NCBI RefSeq assembly: GCF_964204645.1
Contig: NC_134026.1
Location: 9,695,950-9,759,949, forward strand
Direction of reading: 5' to 3'
From: Tubulanus polymorphus
Taxonomy: Eukaryota > Animalia > Nemertea
Length of the DNA stretch: 64,000 nucleotides
Below are positions 51,101-63,417 of the stretch, one piece after another. The notes below the pieces were generated by a model that worked only from the letters and a program-made list of their open reading frames with translations, did not search any database and was not told the origin of the DNA. Positions within the stretch are counted from its first letter, which is position 1. Each line of letters begins with the position of its first letter. A program made the translations under genes and the position numbers.

Positions 51101-51836
51101 TCATCTAAAGTCTCAATTTTCCCTTCCAGGGTATCTGAAATACCCGTGTTATTCCGACTATCCTTTTCAACGTTAGAACGAAATTCCCTTTCCACAGATT
51201 CTAACGTTTGAACCTCACTTTTCTCCACCCCTGTTAAGTCATAATAATAATAGTCTAACGCCCTAGATTTCAAATACATGGGAAACGCTGCAAACCGCTT
51301 TTTCTGCGACCACCCACCAAAATCAGCCCGTGCCTTGAAAGCCCTGTCAAAGCTTTCCGTAGCTCCCCCACTGAACGAAATGTCCGGATTAAAAGCCAGG
51401 CGGTCGGACCCATCCGCCAACGCGTTCAGTTGCACCTGCATGCCTCGCAACATAGCCTGCAGGTCCGTCGGGTCTACATTCGCTGGGGTGGGCATAACTG
51501 GTACAGCCGCCGTGCCACCCTCCTGACTCATCAGACCAACCACACCATTCCCCAAAACACAGATCGGTACATTCATAGTTTTTTCAATTTTACATTCAAA
51601 CTTACGTACACAGAGCCGGGTTCTCCACCAGTGAAACGGTTTTGTCTTTGAATCGAGTTGTTCTTCCCTGTTCGAGTGAGTAGTTCTCTTCGGGGTGTTT
51701 CCTATGGAATACGATGCAAGTAACGAAAAACAGTTGATTTAGTATATCTGCTTATCGTTTATTCTTCCGGTGTTCTCTCCGATGAGTGTCACCCGCAATA
51801 TAACAAAAAGGGGGAGTACAAAGGGATTTCTACACA

Positions 51837-52480
51837 TCAAAGATCTGAATCTAGCTTCTGTTTAAATCTGATTTCTGCACTCACACGTTGTTTATCAATA
51901 GCTAGTTGTTCCTTCATCTTCTGCATATTTGCTTCTAAGCCGTGTTGTGAAGCAGCAGCATCAATACAACGAGAAACTAGATTGCTGCTTGTAGTACTAC
52001 TAGTTTGACTAGCAGAGTCATCTGGGTGAATTTCATTAATAACTGGGGACATCGGCCACGTTTTGTTCTCTTTCGGGGGATACGGAACAGTTTCTTGCAT
52101 ATCACTCAGCTGACCTTGTCCTTGTATCTCTTCAATTTCATTCTGTAATATTCTTCGTGTTGTTTCTGAGGTATTCATCGTTCTTAATTCTTACTTGTAG
52201 CCGTGTTTAAACTGTAAACTTTGGATGTTGACGATCAGACTTGACGAAGATTCAAGGCTTCATTTTTCAGACATCATTCATAACCAGTAGATACATACAG
52301 CGTTTAGTACTGTTACATAACAACGAGACAGCGAGAGAGGTTTCTACAAAGAGAACCGCAATAAACCTAACTTAATACATATCTTAGCATACATTAGAAT
52401 TATCTTGTAGAGAAAAAAAAACTATAGTAAATAATATTTCAGTAATATTTTCTACTTACAAACACGTAAAGCTTATGTCA
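51837..52480 (-). mobile_element. BEL/Pao 5' region and gag N-terminus (likely the same element as 44680-45646)
   Basis: EIHPDDSASQTSSTTSS followed by a coiled coil, typical of BEL gag N-termini. Lies directly beyond the Gypsy 5' LTR. Confidence 0.7.
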
Positions 52481-52489
52481 TCTTTAGAA

Positions 52490-53622
52490 TATGCTGAAAC
52501 TTTTAACACAGAAAACTAACAGACTTTCATCCCTCCATGTTTCTTTATGTAGGTGGCAGCCCTTCCGGGAATCGTATTTTACACATGTCAACAGGTGTTT
52601 TTTTTTGTATCTACCTCGTTCGATTTTTAAAATGTGATTAGAGGTACGTAGCCATGCATATGTAGATACCAAGGAGTTATCAGCACTCTAGATCTAATAC
52701 TTTGAGTAGGTAACGTATTCGGCCATCAAAAGATTTATCATGATTATCCATAATACATTTACCAGAAAGCCTATTAAGGCCTTCTTGTTGCTATTATTAA
52801 TGGAGAGCCAATATTTCATAGAGAGCGAATAGCAGTAATACTCAAAGGTAATCTGCCAAGATCAGCCTTAGTGGCCTAAGTTGGCGGCCTTTCTATTAAT
52901 GCCCAAGATGTATTTACAGAATTTTGTATGTATGGAAGAAGGCTTCATATAGGTTTTCCAGTTTGAAACTGTCGGTACTTTTAAAAGCAGATTGGACATT
53001 CGAGTGAAATACGGACGACAGTTCGGCAGCATATAATAATATTGGTTTTAGACATACATCAAACAATTTTAGTAATAAAGCTGCATTACAATTATAAGAC
53101 TGGAATTTGTTTCTTAACATAAAGGTCACCTTTAGGGCCTTTTGACCTAGAGACTCGACCCATAGATGTAAGAGCCTGATGCCGACAAGACCAAAATGAG
53201 GTATTTATATCTTTGAATAATGGCGAGTACTTGGTTATCAAAATAGAAATTGTTACCCTTATTATTGAGAGCTTTGCTATTTTTGTTGAAGATCATTATT
53301 TAAGTCTTAGATATATTAATCTCGAGTTTCCATGTCCTATAAAAGTGCTCAAGTTTATTCAGACATGATTGAAGACCATTTTTGACCGAGATATAAGCAC
53401 TAGGTCATCTGCGCACATGATGACACTTATAGTTTTGTCATGGATTTGGACGGGGTCACAGCAATCATGTCTAAGGTACAATGGTAAGTCGTTAATAAAC
53501 AAGTAAAACAAGGGACTGATGAAACACCCTCGTTTTAGACCGAGGGCTGAAGGGATACATTTTGTGATCCCATTTGGGAGCTAAACAGAATAATTTACTG
53601 AGCTATACATATTTTTTAATAT
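52490..53622 (-). pseudogene. CR1/L2-group LINE ORF2 RT and C-terminal remnant
   Basis: GCFISPLFYLFINDL...CADDLVLIS...GLQSCLNKL...W.LEINISKT...YKYL...KLFD...KPILLYAAE...SNHILKIERGRY. Confidence 0.9.
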
Positions 53623-53626
53623 TTAA

Positions 53627-53940
53627 GGGGAGACACTGGTCGGGAAATGAAATTTTTGAAATTAACAGATATGACCAATCTGACCACATATCATAGTATG
53701 AGTAATATTAATTATTAAAAAATTTTATTTTAATTAGTTCATCGGAAGTAGGTCAATGGTGGCCATATTGGATCCGAGAAGTGACACTAGAAAAACCAGT
53801 CTATCTTGAAAAATAATACAGATATCAAGATGCAGTCTTCTACACTATGTATATAATACATATATCTATATTTTGTCTGTTCCCTTTTGTTCAATTTATA
53901 AAAATTGTGGCTTTGAGATATATTTTACTAGAATACGAGG
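53627..53940. mobile_element. Probable Kolobok terminus
   Basis: TTAA (53623-53626) followed by GGGGAGACACTGG, which truncates the LINE. A Kolobok-type transposase lies 1.4 kb further on. Confidence 0.55.
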
Positions 53941-54125
53941 CTCGTGTTTGTGGTCATTCGTAGAATTACCATCAAACTTCACCTCACACAGGTAAGTCTC
54001 GTTTAATTGTATAATTCTACTCATTCCCACAATTCCCTCCGAATTCTACGAGATTTCAAAGCAAAAAATTCATTTTGTCTAAACCAACGGTTCATACCGA
54101 TTGTCCTGCAGACAAAACAACCCTC

Positions 54126-54677
54126 GCTAGCGTATCCTCAGATGTTCTGACTATTGGTTTATTATAAAAGCGTGCAAACGTATCTTCGCATGACCATCCG
54201 ACCGCATTCATGATTGTGTTAATCGGAACCTGAGCAGCCACAGCAGCAGAAGCCATAGCCGCTCGAGTCGAATGACTTCCATATCTAGAAGTATCTAATC
54301 CTGCTTCATGCTAGCGTATCCTCAGATGTTCTGACTATTGGTTTATTATAAAAGCGTGCAAACGTATCTTCGCACGACCATCCGACACCATTCATGATTG
54401 TATTAATTGGAACCTGAGCAGCCGCAGCAGCAGAAGCCATAGCCGCTCGAGTGGAATGACTTCCATATCTAGAAGTACCTAATCCTGCTACATGCTAGAG
54501 TATCCTCAGATGTTCTGACTATTGGTTTATTATAAAAGCGTGCAAACGTATCTTCGCACGACCATCCGACCGCATTCATGATTGTATTAATCGGAACCTG
54601 AGCAGCCACAGCAGCAGAAGCCATAGCCGCTCGAGTCGAATGACTTCCATATCTAGAAGTATCTAATCCTGCTTCAG
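54126..54677 (-). repeat. Three tandem 184-bp copies of the YR C-terminus
   Basis: Unit starts GCTAG.GTATCCTCAGATG at 54126, 54310 and 54494. Confidence 0.95.
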
Positions 54678-55275
54678 ACATAACTTCTCTTATCCACGAC
54701 GAGATCATATCTCCAGATACCCCCGGATGAGGCCTGATACAACCGATAAATAATTGATCGCAACTCCCACGAATGGGAAAAGTTACATGTAAATATCTAG
54801 AAAAACATTCAACCACACAAATCTTGTCGTCCGCAGTATATTTGTGAAACTGAATCGGTTTAATCACGTTCCCCGGTCTAAAGTGTTTCTCTATAACCTT
54901 AGAAAAAATAATACGATCCTCCGACAACTTCATATCTGATAAAGATAGTTGATGAAGAACATTTCTTCCACGTTTGCCTGAAATTAACGCCATAAGCATA
55001 ACTGTTTTCTTTGCTAACTGCCGTAATGATAAGTTCTGTAACGGCGACTTTGTACGTAAATAATCTAGTACAATTCGTACATCCCAAATTTCTGAAAACT
55101 TCGGTGAAGGAGTCCGTTGTTCGAAAACCCCTTTCATAAACCGTTTCACTAATTTATTCGTTCCAACATCCTCTCGGTCCGAAGCCAAACTGAATGTTGA
55201 TACTGCTGACCTAGCAGTTCCGCTCGCACTGTACGACAGGCCTTTGTTATACAAAGAAACCAGAAATTCTATCAA
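54469..55275 (-). CDS. DIRS-type tyrosine recombinase (5'-truncated, 268 aa)
   Basis: EFL..L..KGLSYS..TARSAVS...LVKRFMKGVF..R..P...WDV..VL.YL; catalytic R (SGKR), HSTR, GWS and FARFY. Confidence 0.92.
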   Translation of the reverse strand: MIEFLVSLYNKGLSYSASGTARSAVSTFSLASDREDVGTNKLVKRFMKGVFEQRTPSPKFSEIWDVRIVLDYLRTKSPLQNLSLRQLAKKTVMLMALISGKRGRNVLHQLSLSDMKLSEDRIIFSKVIEKHFRPGNVIKPIQFHKYTADDKICVVECFSRYLHVTFPIRGSCDQLFIGCIRPHPGVSGDMISSWIREVMSEAGLDTSRYGSHSTRAAMASAAVAAQVPINTIMNAVGWSCEDTFARFYNKPIVRTSEDTLACSRIRYF

Positions 55276-55289
55276 CCTTACAGGCGAAG

Positions 55290-56660
55290 GATTGTGATTG
55301 AAGTTAATTGTGGTAACTTATAACCAGTGTTGTGGGTCGCAATAACTGTTGACCAGGGATGGCTTAGGGCTGAGACAAGACCGGGAACCTGAGAGAGTAA
55401 CAAGTCCAAACACGTTGTAATGTAAGCTTTCGTTGGCGTTTGGTGTTTTGCCCTTTGAAAGTCGCCTGAGCAAAGCTTCATCCGAAACTCTAGTATTAAT
55501 TGGCACCATAGCTGAAGCAACATCATGAGCTAAGGGATTTCTGTGATTGTCCTTATGTGATCCAGTTTGTTGATCATTGGCCATTGCCTTATGCCAAAAA
55601 CACCATAATTCTGCTCCCGACGGACATCACATGTGATGAGGGTCATCATCTGTACTAGCACAGTATAGCAGACTAGCCCATATTACTGCTCTCATACTAT
55701 CCGGATTACCTATATTGGCTAGGACTGCTCCCCTGTAATAATTTTGGAAGGTTTTGGCCTTCGCGGCAGTCCGACGACCAAAACCTTTACCGCCAAGTTT
55801 CTCCTTTTTAGACAGTTCTCTGAGTGCCTTGCCAACGCGTTTATGTGTATGGTTCACACAGTCGTCTTTTGTTATAGGGTTATCGTCCCCATATGGATTC
55901 AAGGCCACTATATCATCGTACGCATTAGAATCGCTGTCACATAACATTGTTGTATACCTAAAGTTATTTTCTTATGATCGTGGCCATAAACGCAAGGCAG
56001 CTTCCCGTTCCATCGCATTAGAAATGCCATCATAATTCTTGCAGCAATTGTCGTATGATTGAAACCAAGTTTTGAATTCGTCGGAGTCCTTTGATTTGAA
56101 TTTATTTTCATGACTTGCACAGGACTGGCAATAATTTGAAAGTACTTCATAATCAATGACCAGTCCTGTCAATAAATCTATCACACAACCGATTCCATAG
56201 TGTTATAAATGGCCTCTAGTCAGCCACGAACCGTCAAAACTAACATCTATATCATAAACACTATCCACAGAAAGTGAGGGGTCCAGATCAAGGTACGCAA
56301 TTTTAACAAATTCCTTGGCATCATTTAAAATTTTTTCTGTTGTCTGAAGGGTATTGTTACTTATAGAATTGGATATTGTTTGATAAGATTTCTGGTGCAA
56401 GTTATGACATGAAAACACAGCTGAAAATTTTTCAAGAGCCGCATGTCCTAGGCCGAGTTCATGTGCAAATAACACCATTAATTTATTTACAGCAAATCCG
56501 ACACGACTGTCATTAGAATTGCCCTCCTTGGGTGATGAAAAATCGGCAGAGATAATGTTATTGCAAGATCTACAAAAAAGTTCTATTCTGTTACAGAACC
56601 CTATCTTGCGAGCAGATTTTCTAAACACTAAATCCATTTCGTTACAATTTGTACATGATA
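55290..56660 (-). pseudogene. Kolobok (Hydra-type; Pfam 'Mutator-like') transposase remnant
   Basis: CxxC..CxxC N-terminus, VSFDGSWLTRGH, TGLVIDYEVLS.YC..C, KNYDG.S.AME, RYTTMLCDSDS, DCVNHTHKRVG, LGGKG, STDDDPHH..CP..WC and GKTPNANESLH. Several frameshifts. Confidence 0.8.
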
Positions 56661-57570
56661 AATTATACAATTAAACGAGACTTACCTGTGTAAGGTGAAG
56701 TTTGATGGTAATTCTACGAATGACCACAAACACGAGGAATCATATGACAATGACAAATTATATAACACGATGGCGGGCCCAAGTCTAGGGTGGGCGTATA
56801 ATTCCTCGTGTTTGTGTTCATTCGTAGAATTACCATCAAACTTCACCTTACACAGGTAAGTCTCGTTTAATTGTATAATTCTACTCATTCCCACAATTCC
56901 CTCCGAATTCTACGAGATTTCAAAGCAAAAAATTCATTTTGTCTAAACCAACGGTTCATACCGATTGTCCTGCAGACAAAACCTCGCTAGCGTATCCTCA
57001 GATGTTCTGACTATTGGTTTATTATAAAAGCGTGCAAACATATCTTCGCATGACCATCCGACCGCATTCATGATTGTGTTAATCGGAACCTGAGCAGCCA
57101 CAGCAGCAGAAGCCATAGCCGCTCGAGTCGAATGACTTCCATATCTAGAAGTATCTAATCCTGCTTCATGCTAGCGTATCCTCAGATGTTCCGACTATTG
57201 GTTTATTATAAAAGCGTGCAAATGTATCTTCGCACGACCATCCGACCGCATTCATGATTGTATTAATCAGAAGCTTAGCAGCCACAGCAGCAGAAGCCAT
57301 AGCCGCTCGAGTCGAATGACTTCCATATCTAGAAGTATCTAATCTTGCTTCATGCTAGCGTATCCTCAGATGTTCTGACTATTGGTTTATTATAAAAGCG
57401 TGCAAACGTATCTTCGCACGACCATCCGACCGCATTCATGATTGTATTAATCGGAACCTGAGCAGCCACAGCAGCAGAAGCCATAGCCGCTCGAGTCGAA
57501 TGACTTCCATATCTAGAAGTATCTAATCCTGCTTCAGACATAACTTCTCTTATCCACGAGGAGATCGTAT
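56661..57570 (-). mobile_element. DIRS1-like 3' end (copy B) with complete terminal inverted structure and three 184-bp YR repeats
   Basis: 80-bp inverted arms (56661-56740 and 56801-56880) around a 60-bp loop. 56804-57567 is nearly identical to 53941-54707. Repeat units start at 56986, 57170 and 57354. Confidence 0.9.
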
Positions 57571-57668
57571 TGCAGACAAAACATGAAGCCTTGATGGCCG
57601 TTTACAAAAACATTATAGCAATCACAATTGAAACATAATAATGATATGCCGGTACAACTTAAGTTTAA

Positions 57669-58720
57669 AATATAGCTGCATAGCAGCGATAGCGGGTTTC
57701 TGCCTAACTGGTTCATATGTTGCAATGGGAAGCGTAAAAAAGATTTCATCGAAATTATTCAAATCCGTCCATAACATAGGACTATTTCCAAGAAGCGCAA
57801 CCTGGGTCAACAATATGCTGGATTATGTGGATCCAAAAGGGCTACCATGTAAAAAGTACTGATGTACCAAGTCTAATCAAAATGGCTTTGAGGATACCGA
57901 AGATATGGTCCCCCGGTGGCAGTTGTATCAATTTAAACGTCGCGTGTCGAGGCAGGTGGTGGCCAGAAAAAGAAATATTTCCGGGAAAATTTTTTTGAAG
58001 ACGCAAGGCATTGACTGATCAATTGTGTTGTTTTCTTTCTTAATTTACATTTGATTTGGCAGGTCATCTTGCTTAGGAGTCTGTTCATCGAAGCAACACA
58101 GTCTAACTTGTTCATGTCTCAGATGCAGCGGGCCAGGGCGGTCATTATATTGCTAACTTATCCAAATTACACTTACACAGCCCAACGTTTTTCAGTGTGT
58201 AAACTTTATCATACTCTGCATTATAGGACATTGAGGAATTGAATTTTAGCCATCTGAGCCCTCGGTTTGATTCGAGCAAAAGACCTTAACTGACTTCACA
58301 GAATTTGATTATGAGTCTAGGATTTTCTAAATTTCTGAAGAATGCTTTCTCTGGTTTTTAGATCCATTCAATTTCAATCTTGAATACATAAAAATAAGTC
58401 AATTAAATTTCCATTTTATTGAAAGAAATACTACTGAACACAGATTTTGAACTGAATGACGTGTTGATTTATCCAGGCGAAAAAATTACAGCAAAATCAA
58501 CTGATGATCAACGAGGTGAAGTTTTCATTTATCTTCGGATATTTGTCTACTCCCTGATGATACAAGCTTTTTGGCTTGATTTTTTTCTGATCTAATCGCA
58601 CCAATTAGTCAGCCACAGTCGATTTTCATGCCATCTGACCTCTTTCCACCTGCAATTAAGCAATGAAATGTAATAATTACTCGGTTGTTTAATATCATAG
58701 AGGAGTGAAAAAAAGTATGA
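57669..58720. repeat. Interspersed repeat, copy 2 (homologous to 29307-30385; a third short end at about 61074-61115)
   Basis: Shares AATATAGCTGCATAGCAGCGAT...GGTTCATATG...AAGAAGCGCAACCTGGGTCAACA and a long downstream block. Confidence 0.85.
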
Positions 58721-59056
58721 TAACTGATTAATTATCCAAATATTGTAAACATGGCAACTGAAAAAATAACAATTACATAAAACGTCAAGTGCTTACAGCA
58801 TCTGAGACAGTTGCGCTTAAGTTACGACAATGACGAAAAAGCTTGATTTGGAATGACACTTGCACACTGTGGTTTAAATTTATTTCCACCAGCTGCAAGA
58901 ATAGGCAAAGGAATTGAAGACCGTAGTGACCAGTTCATTCCACGAATAATAGCTGGAAAGAAAGTAATCAAAATAAATAGTCGTACACATAAGTGTAAAG
59001 CAGCCCCTTACTAACAACTTAGGCTTTCCATTGTCTCTATTCACTACATTTAGGGC

Positions 59057-59580
59057 TTATTGATGGGTTTCGTCGTCAGACGAACCCATCTATGGCATCG
59101 TCGTCATGTCTGTCTGTCTGTCTGTCTGTGGATGTTTCTTTATGACACGATTTAAGCTGTTTGTGTGGACCGAAAATTCTGTAATTTCACACAGGTATTC
59201 TCTACTTGATGTAGATGGTGCAGCTTGGTTTATATTTGATTCCGATGGTTATATGTGCTCTAATTTGGTTAAAAGATAATTAACGTTACTCGCTAGTTCA
59301 AGCCGCTGTATAGCGCGTTGCTACGACGACGCTCGATCAACATACTGGTACTCGCTGTGTAATACTGAACACGTATACACCTGTAGATATTGATCGTACT
59401 AGCACCGGTTTTAGATAGCGCGCGCTGATCGGTCTTAACACTTCTCGGAACTGCTGTGCTAAATGCTGAGAGGCCGAATCTATGCGCAATCATTTATTGG
59501 GCTCGTCACATTTGATAGTGAATGGATAAATAACCGGTGTCAATGACGGTCGCTACTCCCCATCAGTATAACTCATCAGT
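59057..59580. mobile_element. HINE/DINE-1-like element
   Basis: Terminal hairpin GATGGGTTTCGTC-GTCA-GACGAACCCATC, (TGTC)n microsatellite, and CCCATC repeated at the far end. Confidence 0.65.
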
Positions 59581-62546
59581 ATAAGAAATAATTCTTTCGA
59601 GTTTTTTTTTTCAATCCCCGAAGTTGTTGTTACTATGTTGACCTTGCCGTTTTATAAGCTTACCGATGATTCTTCTAGTATTTTCAGGGTCACAAGACAT
59701 GACGAAGTCGCAAAGTTTTGTACAAATTTCACGAAACAAACAATTATTTAGGCGGCACCTGATCTATTGATTAATTATGATAAATAATGTTTATTTCATT
59801 AAAAATTTGTTTTATTCAAACACTACTTTCATCGCACATAGCGTGATCGGTAGGCCCTACTATTCTACGGTAGGCCATGGACTCTTTCATGTGGTAGGCC
59901 TATTACAAATGATACAATCCGCGTGTCCGTGAATAAGTGACACGTGGTGGGGCGGGTTGTGAGGAGCATCGAAACTAATCCGACACAAATAATAGATAGA
60001 AAACAATACCTTTAGAGGTTAACTTTTATTAACATTATTACCAAATCAAAACCTGCACATCCTATCAAAAATAGAAATTCTAAGAATTTATTTCAAAGAA
60101 TAATAAATTACGTCTAAATATTGGGATTCGAACTCGTAGCATCGATTCAGGTGCCTTTTCCAAAAGCGGGTATCCCGCGGGGAAAACCCATTACTATTTA
60201 TATCGAGAATCGCCTTTTTGACAGCGAGTTCGGTGAATGAAACAGAAACAATTACACAGAAACCCATCATGGAAAGTTTCTTTCTGGTTCTAGGTGTATC
60301 CCCCAAAAAAGTTAGGGAAAGTAGCTAGCCAACAATGATCATTGCTTCACCGAGTACTCATTTGCTACCATATGTACTAATATTATAAAGAAATTATGTA
60401 AAACATTCCCTGGTTAACGGATTCTCACCTTATATTACGTAAAAACTGCTGTCGTTGTCATCGATCCGAGTCGTCGAGTGAACGCGGAAGTAAATTTCCG
60501 TATGAAAATTCCTACTATTTCTGTCCATATTACGATGAATCGAGCCAGAAATCTTCAGGAAATGTAGCCAACGTAAATTGATTTACGAATAGAATTAACC
60601 AATTGACTCATTTTAAGGATCATGGTTTCGTGAAATTCATTAAGGTCCTAAAACTCGCGATAAATTTAAGCCGAAAATGATTTCAACCATCCGCCATGTT
60701 TCATTCATAAGACACTTATTACGCACCGGCTGTAGTTATCGTTCGTGGGAAATGACGGATCCGGACTAATTGTAAGTCCGATTCTGTGATTTACGGTTGA
60801 CTCAAGGTCGTGCGGTAAATTTTAGGCTTTTCGGGGTGCACTTTTATCAATGGATGACGATTCTTTGCGTTATTCTTGTCGCTGTTTAGACCCGGTAATT
60901 ATGCGGGATTAATTGATAATAGATTACTATACGCAAATTCGAAATGGTCAGGCGCTGAGTTATATTTCTGACAGAATTTAAACTTACGTTTATAAGCTGT
61001 TGGTAGTCGAATCTGAGAGGAGTTACATTTTATGAAAAATTTTTGGCTGGAAGGTGGACCATAAATAATAATAAATATAGCTGCCAAGCAGCGATGACGG
61101 GTTTTCTGCAAAGCCATTCAGAAAGATGGGAATTGTAGTAAATTGAAATATCGATACATAGAATAAAATGCATTGACAGATTCGAACCTAATATGCTACC
61201 ACTGTGTAAACATCAAATATGATTCAGCTTTGAAACCGAACATACGCAGACGTACAATCAACAAATATTAATTCATTTGACCAGGCATTTATTTTGGCAT
61301 TCAAACATCATGATACTGTATTATCACCATACTTAAAAATGGATCTGTCCTATTAAGAACTCATCTTAAGCACCTGCTGAGTCGATAGATTGAGTGAATT
61401 TACAGATAAGAACGTATTATGATTTAGAATAGATTTAAGAAGTTAATGTTTTTATTGAAATATTTGAATAAATACATTTATTGTAGTGTAGATTCAATCA
61501 ATAAATTATGAATTGATCTGGTTTGGGTTTCCGGCTGATGTTGATTTTGGCTTTTATGGATTACAAATTCTATAGTGATAAACAACTGATACCTGCAACA
61601 TGTGTGTAAATCAAACCTATTCCACTAGTTGCGTGTGTTTCCTAATAAACGGGAGAGTCACTCTTGATCTGAGTTATTAGAAAAATAATGTTCATTTAGT
61701 TATAGAAATTCATTGCCATTTTGGAAATTCTGTAATAATATTTGTTCTGTCCTAATTTATATTACTGTATGAACCAATGATATGCTTTGTAAATATGATG
61801 TAATAAAATAAATTTGAATTTGAATTAAATTTGAACATGAGAATCAAGCATAACTTGTGTTTTTTCAACTTGTCTTTTGTTAACAGTTCCAGAGTTTCAA
61901 TTACAATCAAATCCAAATTGGCTAAAAAGTACATAAGACTAAATGAAATGAACCGTTAGTTACTGCAAACCTATTCCAGTGTTATGTCGATCGTGTTGAA
62001 TCACTTTCCTTGAGTTGAAAGAATCAGATCTTCTATGGTGCAACATCGGTCGAAGAGAGATAACTTGGTGTTGACGGTCCTTGACCATCTAACTTCATGC
62101 GTTTGACATTGGAATCAGCATCATACCCATTTGAACTGCAAAATATTCATACAACATGAAAACCTACAGTACATGTATACAGTAATCAAAATTTCACCGA
62201 TGTTGGATATTTGAATGAACGTTGGGCTTATTTCAGTATTCTAAAGCAGGAAATAATAAGCCCAATCAATAGGCCCTATTCCCATTGGAACAATTGTATA
62301 ATTCGTACGCTATACTGTACACTTATCAGTCAAGAATGGAGAAATCGGTATACCAAACCTACGAACAGCAAAATGTACAGGCCTCAAAATGTACAGGCCT
62401 ACAATGATTTCTGGTATACAAGCCGTGACCACATGAACGTTTTGGTTTGACTATTAATGTCAGCAGGTCAGAGAAGGCCTGGCCAAATTTAATCACATGG
62501 CTCAAATCGATTAGCCTTTCTGCGTGTGAATACTTCACTGTATTGT

Positions 62547-62700
62547 GGGATCATTCATTGATTACGTACGAGGGGGAGGGGTCAGGGCAATTACGTACTG
62601 TAATGCTTAATGTACATGAAAAAATGGCAGATTTTGCGTACAGAGGGAGAGGGGGTTGAAATAATCAAATTTTATGCGTACGTAATAAATGAATGATCCC
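62547..62700. mobile_element. 154-bp PIF/Harbinger-type MITE
   Basis: TIRs GGGATCATTCATTGATTACGTACG and CGTACGTAATAAATGAATGATCCC with a 3-bp TSD TGT. Confidence 0.9.
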
Positions 62701-62839
62701 TGTTTTAAAAATAGGCCTATCGAGTGAATTAGTACATAGACTGAATTAGACTTTAGGCTAGTCCTGGCCAAATCCTATCCATGTTATAATTGCACCAGTT
62801 ATAGTAACATCACTGTAGGGCCGACGAGAGGGAAAAAGT

Positions 62840-63410
62840 TGTGTTTGTAGTACATAGGCGTGGTTTTGGCAGTTTTTTAGACAATTCACTTCCAACAGTA
62901 CTGAAATATTTACAAAATGCATTACTTATTGTTGATTTGTTTTTACATAATACGCCGTCTACCTTAAAAATATCAGGGACACAGTCTTTATTATGAGATT
63001 TTCCCAACACATCTTTCATGGTAGCCCAGAGTTTACGGCTATTGTTTTTGAACTTTAATAATTTATTACTATAAATTGCTGTTTTGCTGCCCTTTAAGCG
63101 GTGTTATAAGTATTTCTATAAGCCACATACAATTTATAGCGTGGGTGACTTTTATCTAAACAAACCTATTATGGTCTTGTACAGGGAATTACATTTTCGA
63201 GCAGAATTTAAAAGGGTCTGTGTCATCCATGGTTCGCGAATGTTATGGTGTTTGAGTTTAACAATTTCTTCTGGTGCATAATAATCAATAATACGCGTTA
63301 GATTATCATTAAAGTACACATATGCAGCATTAACATCTAGCTGATTTATCGGTGACCAATCGGTCACCAAAATAGCACGGTTGATAAAATTTATATTTAC
63401 AATTTTTCTT
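62840..63410 (-). pseudogene. CR1/L2-group LINE ORF2 linker (between APE and RT)
   Basis: DWS...DVN.AY..F...L..IID.YAP...EPWMT..LLNS.RK.N.LYK...KNNSRKLW...ISNAFCKYFSTVG. Confidence 0.85.
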
Positions 63411-63417
63411 CGCTTAA

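Larger units (their letters stand above)
45650..51834 (-). mobile_element. Gypsy LTR retrotransposon: 5' LTR, PBS, deleted gag, PR-RT-RH-INT and an extra 3' ORF; no 3' LTR found
   Basis: LTR TG..CA at 51834-51632 and PBS TGGTGGAGAACCCGGC (tRNA-Ala-like). Protease LIDSGA; RT DYRKLN, VDLFSGYFQI, LDDIIIFS; RNase H DAS, RELLAI, TDHRAL; integrase GHFG..CPEC and LSDHGSNF. Multiple frameshifts. Confidence 0.95.
53941..55277 (-). mobile_element. DIRS1-like retrotransposon 3' part (copy A)
   Basis: Tyrosine recombinase ORF followed by three 184-bp repeats and the DIRS terminal motif ATTAAACGAGACTTACC (read on the minus strand). Confidence 0.9.

Noticed and set aside
54469-55275. Phage integrase or bacterial contamination
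   Set aside because: The N-terminal motifs and adjacent terminal structure are those of eukaryotic DIRS1-like elements.
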